A stretch of DNA of 64,000 nucleotides from NCBI RefSeq assembly GCF_018977255.1, contig NW_024704742.1:111168001-111232000 (forward strand), read 5' to 3'. Every line of letters begins with the position of its first letter. The stretch's first letter is position 1. Source of the DNA: Callorhinchus milii. Lineage: Eukaryota. The notes under the pieces are model-generated. The model was not told the origin of the DNA. It ran no database searches and saw nothing but the letters and a program-made list of their open reading frames with translations. Shown here piece by piece: positions 42,801-57,800 of this stretch. A program made the translations under genes and the position numbers.

Positions 42801-45800
42801 CTCTTTTTTAGCATCAGCATATAACGGCCACCGCAAAAGAAAAAAACATTTTCTGACCTGTAAACCGATTCCAAAAATGTCCACTTGGCTGCCTACGATC
42901 AAATAATCCTGGTTATCATGAGCAAAATATTTCACATTACTGCTGCCCAACAAAGCCAAAGACTGAATCTGTTGGGAGAATCAAAGGATTAAAAGCATGC
43001 TTTGCAAGTAAAACTGAAATTTGTGAATAATAAAACACAATGCAAGAAACATCAATTGACCTTTAACATTGACAGGAATGAAAATATTAATTGTACCAAG
43101 AAAACAATTAAAAATCCCAATTAACACTCAAAGTAAATATGCAGAGTGTTTTACAATGCAGTTGAAGCCAATTATATTATTAACGTTCCATTGGCGATCT
43201 ATGAATTATGTTGCATGCTACATGTCACCTTTATTTCCGAGGTTGTTCACCCCAGTGACAATGTTCAATTCTGCTTTAAACTGAAAATAGCTTCCTTAAG
43301 GCTAGTAGTAAAAACAAAATAAAATAATATACCAGAGTTAATCCAGACTTCAGTGTAAACATATAAACACTGATATTAGATGCTCTCTCTTTTTTTACTT
43401 GACCATGAGCAATAACGACATAAGATGTTTCGCTTATAACAAAGGATGTGCAGGCTGTTGGATCTTGTATTCTGAAATCCTGTGAGAAGAACAACGGCAC
43501 TTTGTCATATAAGTTTTTCAGACTCAAAGATTTTTTTTAAAAAAAGCTTAAGTCAAAGAGTTTAGTTATTTTTTTCCCCCATTGTAGAGTTTTACCTGCA
43601 TCGGTACAAGCACTCCCTGCCATTGATAAAGTGTTGACAAAACATCTGTAGTGAAGCCGATTTCAGACATTCGGAGGAGAATTCCAAACATGCTGTTGTT
43701 AAATGTGAAGAAACACCAGCCAGCAGCTGATCCCTCGAGTATGTTCTGTACTGTGGCCAGCACTCGTACATCACCCTCTGCAAAAACAGGAACTCAATAC
43801 AGTACAGACCACTATTATAATGTGGATTCACTTATCATGCAGTTTGGGTGTGGATCCCAACTTCACTTACTAAAATATAAGAAGGCTATGCAGCTCGTTT
43901 TTTGTAGCATGGGAAGCCGGCTGCCATATGCATGCAGATTGAAAGTGGAAGCACTCACCTGTTATGGTGTTGGTAACGATTTTTTAGATTCAAACCACCG
44001 CGCTATAATGGGGCTCTACTGTAGTTACAGGATTAATATTACCATAGTTGGCTTCAATAGCTAGTTTCTTTATTAATTCAATATTAAAGTTTCAGAGTAT
44101 TACTGTTGCCCATAATCATGTATTCAAGCAATAAAAGACGTATTTATTGACCAGTTGACTACAAATGATGACATTAATAAACAATTATTTTCATTTCTCG
44201 TTAATTACATCATTAAGCACATCTGTACTTCGCTGTGTACACATGAGTTATAAATTGAGACATGCTTTGCACAGCTCGTAACAACTATTAATATTTATGC
44301 AGCATCAAGAGGAAGTTTCAGGGCAATTAACACAAGTGATGGAGAGTCAAGTTGCAGGGAGCTGAGAAGAGGTTGGCAAAGGTGGCTGAAAGCATGACAA
44401 TGATTTAGAGTAGCTTCTGTGGGGGTGATGTGAAGCAGGTCAGTTTACAGATCCCAATATTAATAAGTTAAACATTTCAACCATTATATTGTAACAACTT
44501 ACTCATTCCATATGCAGTTCCAGATTTCGTCTCCCATTCCACACTGACCCTACTCTCCAGGCCATTACTCCGAGAAACCTTCAAATACAATGTCCTATTT
44601 CCTTCTTCTAAACTCACCGAGTGAGTCCTAAGTAAAATAGGAAAGGATATAAAAGATTGCCATTCAAAACAAACAGATATTCTGCTCATTATTATAGAGA
44701 AGAATATTCACCATGGAGGAACATATGATGGCTAATCCCTGAAGAAATGTTACATTTGTAATAAGATAAATCAAAGTAACTTTATTAACAACAACTACAG
44801 CACTTGCATTTCTATGTGCATTTCATTAGGAGACAGTCTCAAAGATTGGGGGGTGTGGGGGGAGGAGTAGGTGAGACATGGTCAAAGGTTCAAAGAGATA
44901 GTTTTCTTTAGTGGGTTTGAAAACAGTGAGCGAAGTAGTGAGATTTATGGAATGGTTCCAAGGAGTGAGGGCAAAGTGAATGAAAGTTTGTTTATGATGG
45001 CGGGGTAGAGGACATGAAGAAGGACCAAGTTAGCAGACCAAAAGGAACAACTGAGGCAGTAGAACCACAGGAGACCACAGTGATAGGGGTGGAGGAAGAC
45101 TAGAGAGTTATTTGTAGACAAAAATTAGGAATCTGAAGTCGATCTCCTGGGGACCGTGAGTCAGTGGAGCGGGTTGTGGGTGGGAATCTTTTATGGAAGA
45201 GAATGTGGGACATCAAGACCAGAGGTGATGAAGTTATCAATTAGAGACGAGGCTGTGATGGAGGGTGGTGAGGTAAGAAGAGAAACAAGTAATGTTGTGG
45301 AGATCGAGGACAACGGACTTGGTCAAGGTGAGAGAATTAGAGGGAGGTGAGGGTCAAACAAAATGCCAAGGTTCCATACAGGCTTTGTGATCTGGAATGT
45401 GCATCCAAGGAGGTAAATATGAATAACGGCTGAGGTGAGGAGGCATTAGTGGAAGCCAAGTAAAATGACTTCTGCTTTGTTGATGTTTACTTGATGGCTG
45501 ACAAGCAGTCAGTCAGAACAGCAGGTCCTGGAATCGAGGGCATTAAAGTCGGGGGTCATCTGTATCCATGTAATTGTGGACCCCATACCTGCAGATAATG
45601 TCGCCAGACAAATATGCTGTTCAAATGTAAATGAAGCATTCTTCAAATACTTGGCACTTTGGGTGGAAATTAACATTTTGCTCTCAGTATTATCTTTTTA
45701 ATAACCAAAGTCTAATGACATTGCTTTTACTGACCTATTCACGATTGGGAAGATACTGAAGATTCCTAATGGTGCCTGATTTTGAAGGACTGTTATCAGG

Positions 45801-48800
45801 GTCTGTACTATCTCTCCCATTCTGGCCCCTCCTGTCGGGGCAAACAAAGTAACTGTGAACTGCTCATCCATCTCCGGCTCTTCATCCAAAATAGCAGAAA
45901 TCTGCAATGTCTGAGACAGAACAAATTGAACAAAGGTTTGTATAAATATAAATTTTATGGAAATGAGCAAGTACACATAAAATCACTATTATTATAATAA
46001 AATTATCCTTGCATTTAATATTGCGGCTTATCACATCATCAAGACATCTGAAAGTGCTTCATAGGATATACTGCATTTTGTGGGTGAACTCAGCAGCCAA
46101 TTTGCACACTCTAATGTCCTACAAACAACCATGGAGTAACTGACCAATTGTAATCATTTTATGTTGAGAAATTTAAGGGTGAGTGATTAAAAGAAAAGTT
46201 TTGGAACAAAGAATTATTAGCATTGGATTACAATGCAACAAGAGGCTATAGAAGTTAATACAATCACATAATTTAAAAGAGAATCAGAGAGGTGCTTTGG
46301 AAAATAAAGGAGCAGAAAAGATTATTATGGTTCATATCCAAGATACAAGTAATAATAACTAAACAACTTTGCATTAATTCTCTATACCTCATAACCCTCA
46401 ATTCAATTATTCATCAAATAGTTATCTGATTCCTTCTTGCCTTTGTTGATATCAATGACAAAATAATAATTCTTGCATTTGTTATTGCGCCTTTCACGTT
46501 GGGAGGTCGTCCCATACTATTTCACAGGATTTATTGTGAAGTGGAGTGATGGTAATAAGTATTTTAAAATGGCATTATTTTTCTCCTTAAAACACAACTT
46601 CATTTCCAATAGGATTTCCGTAAGCAATGTCATTGGTTGTTGAAGGAAATTTACTAGATAAATAAATCCATTCAAGTTTGTCATTTTCCATTGTTTAGAG
46701 GTATTGTTTTCTCCCAGGAACTCAAAAGAAAAATGTTTGAAGCTTAACTGGGAAAGTTTTACTTCGATCAAACATTTGCAAAAATCTGAATTTAGACCAG
46801 ATTTCACTCTCAGTTAACAGCCACATGAAAGGATTGAACAGACATACAACTAACCAATCAACTTATTAACTTATTAGGTCAAACCTGTCTTCGACAACTT
46901 CTCAGGGACTGAGCCAAAGTGGCCTCTGTATAAGGGTGGCCAACAGTTTGTTTGTCGAACCGAGCTGTTGCTGAATGGAGGTGGTTGCTTGAACAGGTTT
47001 GACTGTACTTACAAATTAGACAAATATGTCTGAGGTGATTTGACTTAGTGACTAGTTTACTTTAACTTTCTAGTGAAAAGACTGCTAGCGTGATTCAGTC
47101 AAGTGTGAGTAAAGTAGAATGAAAAGAAATTATAAGAAGACTGTCCTAATTTATGAATGCAAACATTTTACCTTCATTCTGATTCCTTCTTCAAGTACAA
47201 TAAAGCCTTGTGTCGGAGTCAGATCCAATGAGGGGTCTGAGCCATTCAAACTTGTGATAAGGTACTGAACAGTGACTACTCCAAATGTCCCCTGCGGTGG
47301 GAACCGCATAATGTGAAGTGTTGCAACGCTCTCTGACAAGCCGAGGGCTGTAGGCTCCTTAAGATAAAAGTGCTCACTGTTGTTAAACGAGAGGATACCA
47401 TGGCCATCATCACTGGCAAAGATGATCACTGTGGCTGTAACAGCAAAAGACAATCGACATAAACTTAAACAGAATACTGTGAGAAACTCCCTTCTTTTTT
47501 TTTTGAATAGTGGCATCCCATAGGATCTTTAACATCCACCTGAACAGATAAAATGGGACCTCGGTTTAACATGTCATGCGAAGGACAGTACGTCTGACAA
47601 GGCAGTGTGTCCCCAGCATTCTACTGGAGCATCAGCATAAATTCTGATCTTAAAATCCTAACATGGGACTTGAACACTCAAATCTTCTGATTCAAGGTGA
47701 AAAGGCTACCAATATAGTCAGCCTGATACTGAGATAGGTGCCTCTCAAGATCAAGATGAAAAAAGTGATACCTTTCTTCACACAAATACTGGGGATAATA
47801 GGAAATGCATTACCCTAGACACATAGTAACAATTGAGATATTTGAATAGGAGATATAGAAGTAAGGGAATTAACAGTTAATAATGATCCTTGCATTAGCA
47901 TTTGATATGGATAGAATGTGGAAAAAGACAAGGAAACTAGATCAAAAGATCTGTCATGACCTAAAAACTTGCTTAATGAACCAAATAGCTGGCTTCTGTT
48001 TCCACGTTCCTTGGAGCTAAAACAAATTAAAAACAAGAACTACCTCAGTATTTCGACTGTGATCAACGGCTCATTTCACTCATTAATTATTATTACAGTG
48101 ATTCTCTCGATAATATTATAGTGGCTTTTATTTGTGTGCATTAAACATATTTATTAACAATTAATAGATCTCAGTATAATAATAATAATCCTTGCATTTT
48201 GATATAGCGCTTTTCACGTTGGGAGGACGTCCCAAAGCGCTTCACAGAACACACTGTAAAGTGAATTGACTGTATATTTGTGGGCGAACGCGGCAGCCAA
48301 TTGTGCACAGCAATGTCCCACAAACAATTGTAGATTGAAAATGACCAATTTATTATTGTTTTTGGAGGGATTATTATTAGGCGTGTGGAGTAAGGAAACT
48401 TGCCCAAGGTTTCGTCCTGCCTGGAATTGAACTCAGGTCTCTCGCTTGCAAAGCGACTGCTCTAACCACTGAGCTACAGGACTCCCAGTAATATTTTGTG
48501 GCTGAAATAATACTGACCACTGGTATCTCTTTCCAAGCTAAAGTCAGCCAGCATATTACATTGCATCTAATAACTTAATATAAAACACTTGCATCTTTTC
48601 AAGGTGCTTTAGCTACACTAGCCAGTAAAATAAAACTATCAGTCAGCAAACTATCTTCTAAATAATGGCCATGGAATTGTGCTTCCCTTGCCAGCACAAA
48701 CCCAGTAGATTAGAACTGCTTGTATTATTTGAGCACATTTTGTGTTATTATAGTGCAAAATTAATGTTGTGGTTCGTTAAGTCAAGCAGTACCCTTTATG

Positions 48801-51800
48801 GATTTTTACAGCATTCCTTTATATTCTGACAAAGACAAATGTTGCTATTATACAATTAGAAAAAAAGATTTATATGACTAATAGAAGAGCTAAACATTTT
48901 TAATAAGTTAAATATTTTTCTAAGAATAGATTTCTATGAGGAAATTATTGTTTTCTTTGCCTCTCTCAATTTCAAATATGCCCAAGGAATAGCGTTTGCA
49001 GAAAGATTAGATTTATGTCTCAATGAAATCAGGAAAAGGATAATTCTTCTCTTTTCGGCAAAATTTACCAATCTTTTGGGATATCTGTTCATAACAGGAA
49101 ATATCATTAAAAATGTACAGAATAGCAGATTGGTAACTTCAAAGAGAATAAAACCACATGCTAAATCAATAATGCCATCAAGTCAGCATCACTACGACTT
49201 GGAATATATAGGCATAAATGTAGCTTCTTACCTGTGGTTTTCTCCCCTAGCTCCAGCCCAAAGGATGGACTTGCAATAATCATTTGGAAATGCTCGTCTC
49301 CTTCAGGAACATCATCATCTAAGATGGTAATCTGAATGTATTTGTATCTTTCCCCATCACCAAAAACAACAGTCTGCAAACCCAAGAAAACTAGATTAAC
49401 CTGAACCTGTACGAAGATCATCTGTATGTCTTGACAGAACAGGTCCACTCATATTTCTGGTCCTGTTGACCAATGATTAAAATCAACATCTCAGTAACAA
49501 GTAAAGTTTTTAAACAGGTTTTAAAAATACATTTCAAAATATTAGATCAACTGTACATTTTGCATACACGTAACTTGCTGATATAACATTTGGACGTTGC
49601 AATGATATTCTTACCATTGGTGTCACACTGAAATCCAGGCCAAGTTGAGCTTCAAGATTTTGGGGGTAGAGAAACAATGACACATTTCCATAGGTGCCTC
49701 TATCTCGATACATGACTAAAGTCAGGTTGTTAGTCGTCTCATTCACCTCAAAACTTGAAGACAAAGAATAATGAAGAATTCAATTGTAGGACAGTAAAGC
49801 TTAAATCATAAAAATACATTAGTTTAGGCACATTCAAATATATAACCTGGATCCTTACAACTAAAATAACTCCAATTAAAAATAGGCTGGGGTCCACAAA
49901 AGGAGCAGAGTGATGACAAGCTGACTTCAAGTATCTAGTTGATGAAGTCAAGCAAAGCCCTTCACATACTCCAGTAGAAAATGTTTTGGGATCATCTCAC
50001 TTGAGGCTTTATCCATTCAGTAAAAATTCTCTGAGTTCCCAAGTGACTATGTGTTTGTCTATAAGTACACAGTCACTTCACAATAAAATCCCGTGAAAAG
50101 CATTGAGACGTCTTGTTGACGTGATAAGGAGTTATACCAAAATTCAAGGATTATTATTATTATTATAAGTAGTGATGCCAACACCTGTACAATTCATTTA
50201 GATATTCAGAAGTCATTTAATAAAGTTCCACACGGAGTCTATTGTGCTGTGGTTACGCCATGTCATATGCAACATAAATTGAATTAAGCCACATGATGCT
50301 GGAGTCCTACACTTTTGATGCTGCCAGTAATTGTAGCGCCTAGGGAAGCTTTGTCCCTCTGAAGTATAAGCACAAGTGTCTATCTACCTGGGCTCCACAA
50401 TTCTAGGGCTCCTCTGAAAGATCTTGGACTGTTAAATGTAACCTCAACCAACTCGTTAACAACATTAAAAATGTAAGACAAGATTTTCGTTGCTTAGCCA
50501 CACATGCACAGAATTCTGATAATCAGTAATTATTGTAATATTTTAATAGTCCGAGGCAATGTCATTAGGAATTAAGAATATAAATCAGCCTTCTCACTCC
50601 ACATTGGAAGCAAAATCACTTAACTTCCAGCAGTACAAGCACACCATGACAGAAAACACTTTGCCTCGGGAAATAAAATGAGTAAATTACAGTGCCCGAT
50701 ACGAGTTCCTTCCACCTGATCCACAGAAAGGGCAGGCTTTCATGTGATCATGTTATCTTTCAAGTCTTTTTAAATCCCATCTTCAATCACTGGAGCCAAT
50801 TAGCAGGTCTCCAAACGGTCTACAGACTGAACTTTGAAGCAAAATCGGTTCACTCATTAACTGTGATGCTTGCTCCAAAGCCTTACTGTGATGACCAAAC
50901 AGCAATTCAAAGCTCTTCTTTGAAGAATTACAGATAGTATTAGAGAATACACCTTCAAAGTAACAAACAAACTGCACCTTTATTAAATAACATACATGTT
51001 GTTTATATTTATATTCTATATAAATAATATATATTTATATATCTTATTGTAATTTATATTTATATGTTGTTTATATTTATATTCATGATAAAACACTTAC
51101 TCAATACTTTGCCATTGAATAACTCCTTTCACACCATCATTAGCATCAATGGTTACTTGAGAAACCAGACCTTCGGCATCTAGAAATTAAAAGCAAACTA
51201 TACTCATTATGTAATAGATGAATTTAGAACCTAACTAAAATGTGGGTAACCTTAAGGCTTTATTGAAACACAGCATACATTGGGCCATGCTGGTTTGCAT
51301 ATTAATTACCTGCAAGTCTGAATCGGATTGGTTCTAGTACGTAAAGGAGAATGCAAGGAAAGAAGGAAAAAGTAAAAGAAATGTTTTTAAACATAGTAGT
51401 CAAAGAAGAATATTCTACACCCATAAATGTTCAGGGTAAAACTTAAGATTGATTTAGAAGGGTGATAGTAGTCAGAATATTGAACAGAAACTAGTTGAAT
51501 ATATAATAGGTGGGCTGTAGGGAAGTCCGCCTGACGTGAAAGGCGCTATACAAATGTAATTTGTTGTTGTTGTATTTCTTGGTATGAAATCAAGTGGGCT
51601 AAAGTACCTCCTTCAAAACCAAACTTCTCTTGTGATGTTGTGAAAAAGTCTTGATCAATAATTTTTGAATAAAAATTTCCTAATTTTTTACACAATATTA
51701 TACAAAATTCTACACAAAATTAGTTAGCATTCGAGAATACAATTTCAAAGTGACAAACTGTACCAGTAATTAATAATTACCAGCAAATTATATTTACCTG

Positions 51801-54800
51801 CTGTACAGAATATCTAGCAGACTCTAAATTATGTATCTTATTGTAATTATTTGTTGATTAATGGAATGTATTTATCATCTGCAACCTGCTTAATAGAAAT
51901 ATTAATAATATATATATTATATTGATGACATAGCTCAGATCAATAACCAGTGATAGTATGATAAAATCTTTATTGTAAAGTGTGATATTTTAATGACTAT
52001 TTTCCTCAATTTATCCCTACTTCTTCAAACACCTTATTTGGGGGTATTAGGCATGTGACCCCGAAAACATTCATAAAACACCAAAATCAGGTTTTAGTAA
52101 AGAGCTGATCAAATAATCCAATGGCTTCACAAGTTTTTTTGCTTTAGATAAAAATTTTCATGGCAAAAATTGGAGAGATTCACATCCTAAAATAGATAGC
52201 TTTAGAATGTAGTACTACCCTCTTATCTATTTAAGGTTCTTTTTCTTCCTCTCAAATTAAGAGAAGAAAAGTGAATTAATGAGTAAGAGTAATGAAACGA
52301 ATAATTAAAGAGTAATGAGTAACATTGAACATTCCTCTTTCAACAAAAACACACTTTTGCACAGACAATTCCATCGGGTAACCACAACAAACTGGATTCA
52401 CTAATGCTGTATTTAAAACTATACTTTTGTCAGAGAGCTGCAATAATGTTGGCACCAATTCATCATCAAATATACAATAAAAATCAGATTTGAACCCACA
52501 GCTTGGACTCCAGTACTTCCTCCCCACAATGATTCATTGCCAAATAAATAGGACTTCTGGTTTACAGGGTTTATTTTTTAGCATTTTTTGAGTTACTTTT
52601 AATGGAAGATTCAGACACACCTGCACACACGGAGGGAGAGAGGTGCTCTCAAGCTTGCAAAGTGTGCGACAGGACAAGTAACCATTTAGGGGATTTTGAG
52701 GTATTTATTGGATAAACACCGATTTTTTTTGCAAGTTATTTGCCTTATGTTATGGGCCTGTTTTATCAGGGGGTTTTGAAAATCAGAAGCTCTCAATATA
52801 AACGAGGTATAAGATTAGGTATAAACAACATCACAGGAACAAACTCAGTATGGTTAAAATGGCCATTGTATAATTGTCCAATGGAGACCTAGATGATTGA
52901 TATCCTACAAATACAGGTGCTCTGTAACTCAACGGTTAGACCACTCGCCTCGCAAGCAAGATTCCTGGGTTTAATTCCCAGCAGGGCAAACCCTTGGGCA
53001 AGTTTCTTTACTCCACATGCCTGATAATAAACCTTCAAGAAAAATAAACAATAATAAATTGGTCACTTCAATCCACAACTGTTTGTCGGTCACTGCTGTG
53101 CGCAAGTGGCTGCCGCAGTTCGCCCACAAATATACAGTCAATACACTTTACAGTATATTCTGTGAAGCGCTTTGAGACGTCCAGAAGGGATGAAAAAGCG
53201 CTATACCAAATGCAAGGATTATAAATACATAGCATGATTCACATGCAGCAAGCTGCCAATCTTAGTCCCATCATAGGGTGTGATGTTGATGTGATAAGTT
53301 AGTTTCGCATGGCATAAAAGGGGCAGAATCAGAAGACAATTCTCGTAGACTTCATAACACCATTAGTTACAAAGTGGCATTGGCAGTTGTCATAATAATA
53401 ATAATAATCCTTGTATTTGATATAGTGCTTTTCACGTCTTTTCGACCTCTCAAAGCGCTTCACAGAATATGCTGTAAAGTGAATTGACTGTATATTTGTG
53501 AGCAAAACGCGGCAGCCAGTTGCGCACAGCAGTATCCCACAAACAGTCGTGGATTAAAAATGACCAATTTATTATTGTTTTTTTTTGGAGGGATTATTAT
53601 TAGGCGTGTGGAGTAAGGAAACTTGCCCAAGGTTTCGCCCTGCCTGGAATTGAACTCGGGTGTCTCGCTTGCAAGGCGATTGCTCTAACCACTGAGCTGC
53701 AGGACTCCACAATAGATTACCTACTCACTTTTCAGCTCCCAAAACAGAGTTTAAAATTAAAAGAATTGGATATAATATTAAATATATAATTCAGCCCTGA
53801 TGAACCAATATAAACATAGATGGATACAAAACACAATGTACACACCCAGTCTGGGAGGGAGTGAAGTTGACTGCGGTAGGATGAGCTCCACTGATGTCAG
53901 ATTGACGAGGAAAAACTCCTGCAGTTCAGGAATATCATCCTGAAAAAACACACTTTAGTAAAACTTTAATAAATCTATAAACCTAGTACAATTAAATATA
54001 AGTAACTACTTATTTGGTGTAAGGTCTGGTATGTCCTAAAATTATATAATGATATACTATAGCACACCGCTTATAAAAAAAACAAAGAATTGTTGAAAAA
54101 AAAACTTGTTATGCAGCAGTGTTGAGCGATATTCTTTATGACTGTAAAGAACAATCAACAGAAATAGTAGGAATTTAGCATCACAATGGCTTAACAACAC
54201 TGTCACAATAAAATGGTATGGAAAATACATTGGAAAAATAATTGGTGCAAATTATTTAAAATGAAAACTACCTGGCAGTAGTATTTAAAGTTTAAAAGTT
54301 TAAGGTTTCATAGCTGATAGTCATAAATTGCTCAGGTTTTTCTGTTGTCGTTTAATATGCTGCATGTATTCAATTCTTTACTGAATACTAAGTATACTAT
54401 CGGCTTGAAATTCCATCTCGACTTAGCTTATAAATCTAACTTATAAAACAATGAGGTGCATTAGATAGAACATCACTTCTACTGTATTCCTATAGTTGAA
54501 TCAATTTTATTACATGAACGAATCTTTCATGCCATCATGAATTATACATAACATTCAGCGATGCAGTCTTATATTGAAGACATAATTCCTCTATTAAGTC
54601 CAAATTTCTTTACTGTATTACTACAGCACAAAATATATCTGAGTATGTTCTATTTGGAATTACTGGAAGCTCAAGACTCTCCAAATGCACTAAACCTAGT
54701 CAATAAATAGATTTGATAATACAGAATTGATGGTAGCCCAGAAACCAAGCTCTCCATATATATGAAGTAAGAAAAAAAACAGGTTGGAGACATTTTTACC

Positions 54801-57800
54801 TCTAAAATAGTGATGTTTATGGCAATAGTGGTTTCTCCCTCTTCAAGAATCGCAAACCCAGACACAGGCAGAAAATCAAGACCAGGTTCAGCCAATGACC
54901 CCTCAGTTAGATTTAGAGATATCAAAGACCCCTTCACGGTTTCATAAGTAATGTTAATAGCTCCTGGTTCACAAACAAAAACATCATATTTAACAAGGAA
55001 ACAGTGTAAAATTTATCATCATTGGGTTAAGATCTTAAAAATAATAATACCTGCCTTTAAACATGTTTGTATCTTTTAATGGGTTAATATAAAAATTAAA
55101 ACCATTGCCAAACTGTGTTGCTCCAACTACAAAGACAACTCCACAGCCTTGCTTTATACTTCATCTGCACTCTTATGAATAGTGAATTGCACTCAAGCCT
55201 AATTAATTATAAATAAAAAAACACATCATGTTATAACACACAATGTTGTATCAACGAGTATCAACTCGTATGTTAGTGTTAGCATTTGAAGACATCAAGG
55301 CCAGAGATCTTATGTCCTGAGCCCCCAGAGGAACACTTTTTCAATCCCATTATTTTATAGAATGGCACTATTTTGTAGAATGGTACCAAACAATATTAGT
55401 CCGATCATTAAAATAGTTGAACCGAGTCCTTATTCTATCAGCTGATAGATTGTTTTTAGCTTGTCTCTCGACAGTTACATAGTTTTCAAGCTTAAAACAA
55501 TTACTGCCATTTATTTATGCATGCTATAGTAGTTGACTACACAAGCACTTCGTATAAAGCTGAAATGTTGTTTTGCAAATCTCACATTCATTGCAATAGA
55601 TTACTGAAATTCACATCATGTAGAACAAACTAGAAGTCTAGTCACATTTCAAAAGTAGTGGCAATGTGTTACACAACAGTGATCTATATTGTGTTACCTA
55701 GAGATCCGAATTCTCTGCTGACAAATATCTGAATGGTTTTATTCCCTTCCTGACCTGAAACCATTCGGGAGGACGGAGCAAAATTCACTACCCCATGTGG
55801 TTCATCACTGGCTTCCACTGTTAGGACAGCTTCATATCCCTGGTCATCAATAACAGCAGCACCTGTTGAGGAAATACCTGCAAAAAAAAGGTTATTTTTA
55901 GCCACACACAACTTAAATTTTAGAACATGCATAATATATCTCTGATCCAAACAAAAGTAATTAAGTAAAATTGTAGAATATCCACCTGTAACTAGACACA
56001 CATGATCATGTCAATTCATGATGGTTGCTCTACACTAATATCTCATTGGGTCAAGCGGTACAGGAACCACTGTCCTTAGTCAATTACACCTAATCTTGTC
56101 AGGATATGAAGCCTAACAATAGGATTTTGAAGAGTAGCAATGATGCCATCTGAAGCACAATGATATGATTTGAAGCACAATGATTTTGATATTCAAGTAA
56201 CAAAATGTAAACAATATGTATTCCATTTTCAGTCCCAGGATTTTCTAATTAGGAAATGTATTACATATAATATAATATATATATAGACATAAATGGATTC
56301 ATTAATTTAATCTCAACCATCAAAACTGAAAAACGACCAGTAGGTGGCGCAAGATGAACAGTTGTTAATGCATTTCCATGTTATTGGTAAATTATATCCA
56401 CCATACAATACTGAGTCCTCTCAATTCAACATATTCAAGATTAAATGCTAACTTCAAACCCTTTATTGATCAAGACCATCATTTGTGTGTTTTTTCTTAA
56501 AGCTCACAATGAAGGAATTCACAGGATCTATTCTGATTTTGTAAATACATTGAGTAAAATGCAAGGCAACAGCTCAGTCTTAAATCAGCTAAATATCTCT
56601 GAAATGAATCTGAAGTTATTATATTCAAGGCAGAGTATTCATTCATGTCCAGGTTGTTTACTCTGCCTCCAGTATTTCATAGTTAGATTCAATGCTAAAG
56701 CACAGAACCCAAATAATACAGATGTACATAAGTTTAAGGATGGAAATCGTTGAACTATGAGAGGCTCTAAGAAAGGCTAAGTGGGCAGAAGCAGTAGAAA
56801 ATAAGACTAACATAAGAAAAATGAATTTCCTTTAAGAGTATTTGAAAGGAAGTGGAATGTACAATGAGAGAAAAGAGAAACAGCAATACCACAAATCGGT
56901 AGACAAAGCAAAATCTAGCTCAAGGTCAAGTAAAAATAACCCTTAAACAGCTATTTATTTTGTGCGTTATTTCTTTGCAACACGAGAAATCATACATTTT
57001 GCATAAGTCGCACGGTGATGCCCAGCTCATCGTATTTTTGTGAACAATGCTATCGAAATATTGGGAGGAATTGTGCCTATGCAAACTCTCTGCTTGTCGG
57101 GACTCCCCAACTCCTGCCTCCACAGGCTGCAGATCATCCAGAACTCTGCAGCCCGTGTTCTCTTACGCACAAGGCTCCGGGACCCTATCACACCGATGCA
57201 CAACCAACTCCACTGACTCCCCATCACTCTTAGGACTCAGTTCAAGATCCTGGTCCTCACCTTCAAAGCTCTTCACAGCCTTGCTTCTCCCTACCTCTGT
57301 GACCTCCTAATGTCCTAACAACCTTTCTGCTCCCTCCGCTCAGTGTTATCCGGCCTGCTTCGGGTCCCCCACCATGCCTGCCCCACCATTTGCGGGAGGC
57401 CTTCAGCCTCTCTGCCCCCCAACTCTGGAACATCCATCCCACAGTCCCTCTGCCTCGCCTCCTCCTTTGTCTCCTTCAAAATCCATCTCAAGACCCTCCT
57501 CTTCAACCGCGCCTTCAGTCCTTTCGCTACCCTCCCTACCCTCCAACCCTTCTGATCCCAACCACCAGCTCGGGTGCGGATCTCTGACTGTCCACCACCT
57601 TGGGACGTCGTCCTGACCTCAAAGGTTCTATACAAATGTAATTGGTTGTTGAATATCAGGTAACTTTCTCCTAACCTTATGCCCAGTTCTATTTAGTAGT
57701 GTGAATGGGAAAAGTAACTTCCAAAGAATTGGATAGGTCTGACATCATCACAGCAATTACCCACTGACTATCCCTTGCTCCACACTTGCCCAGACCCTCA

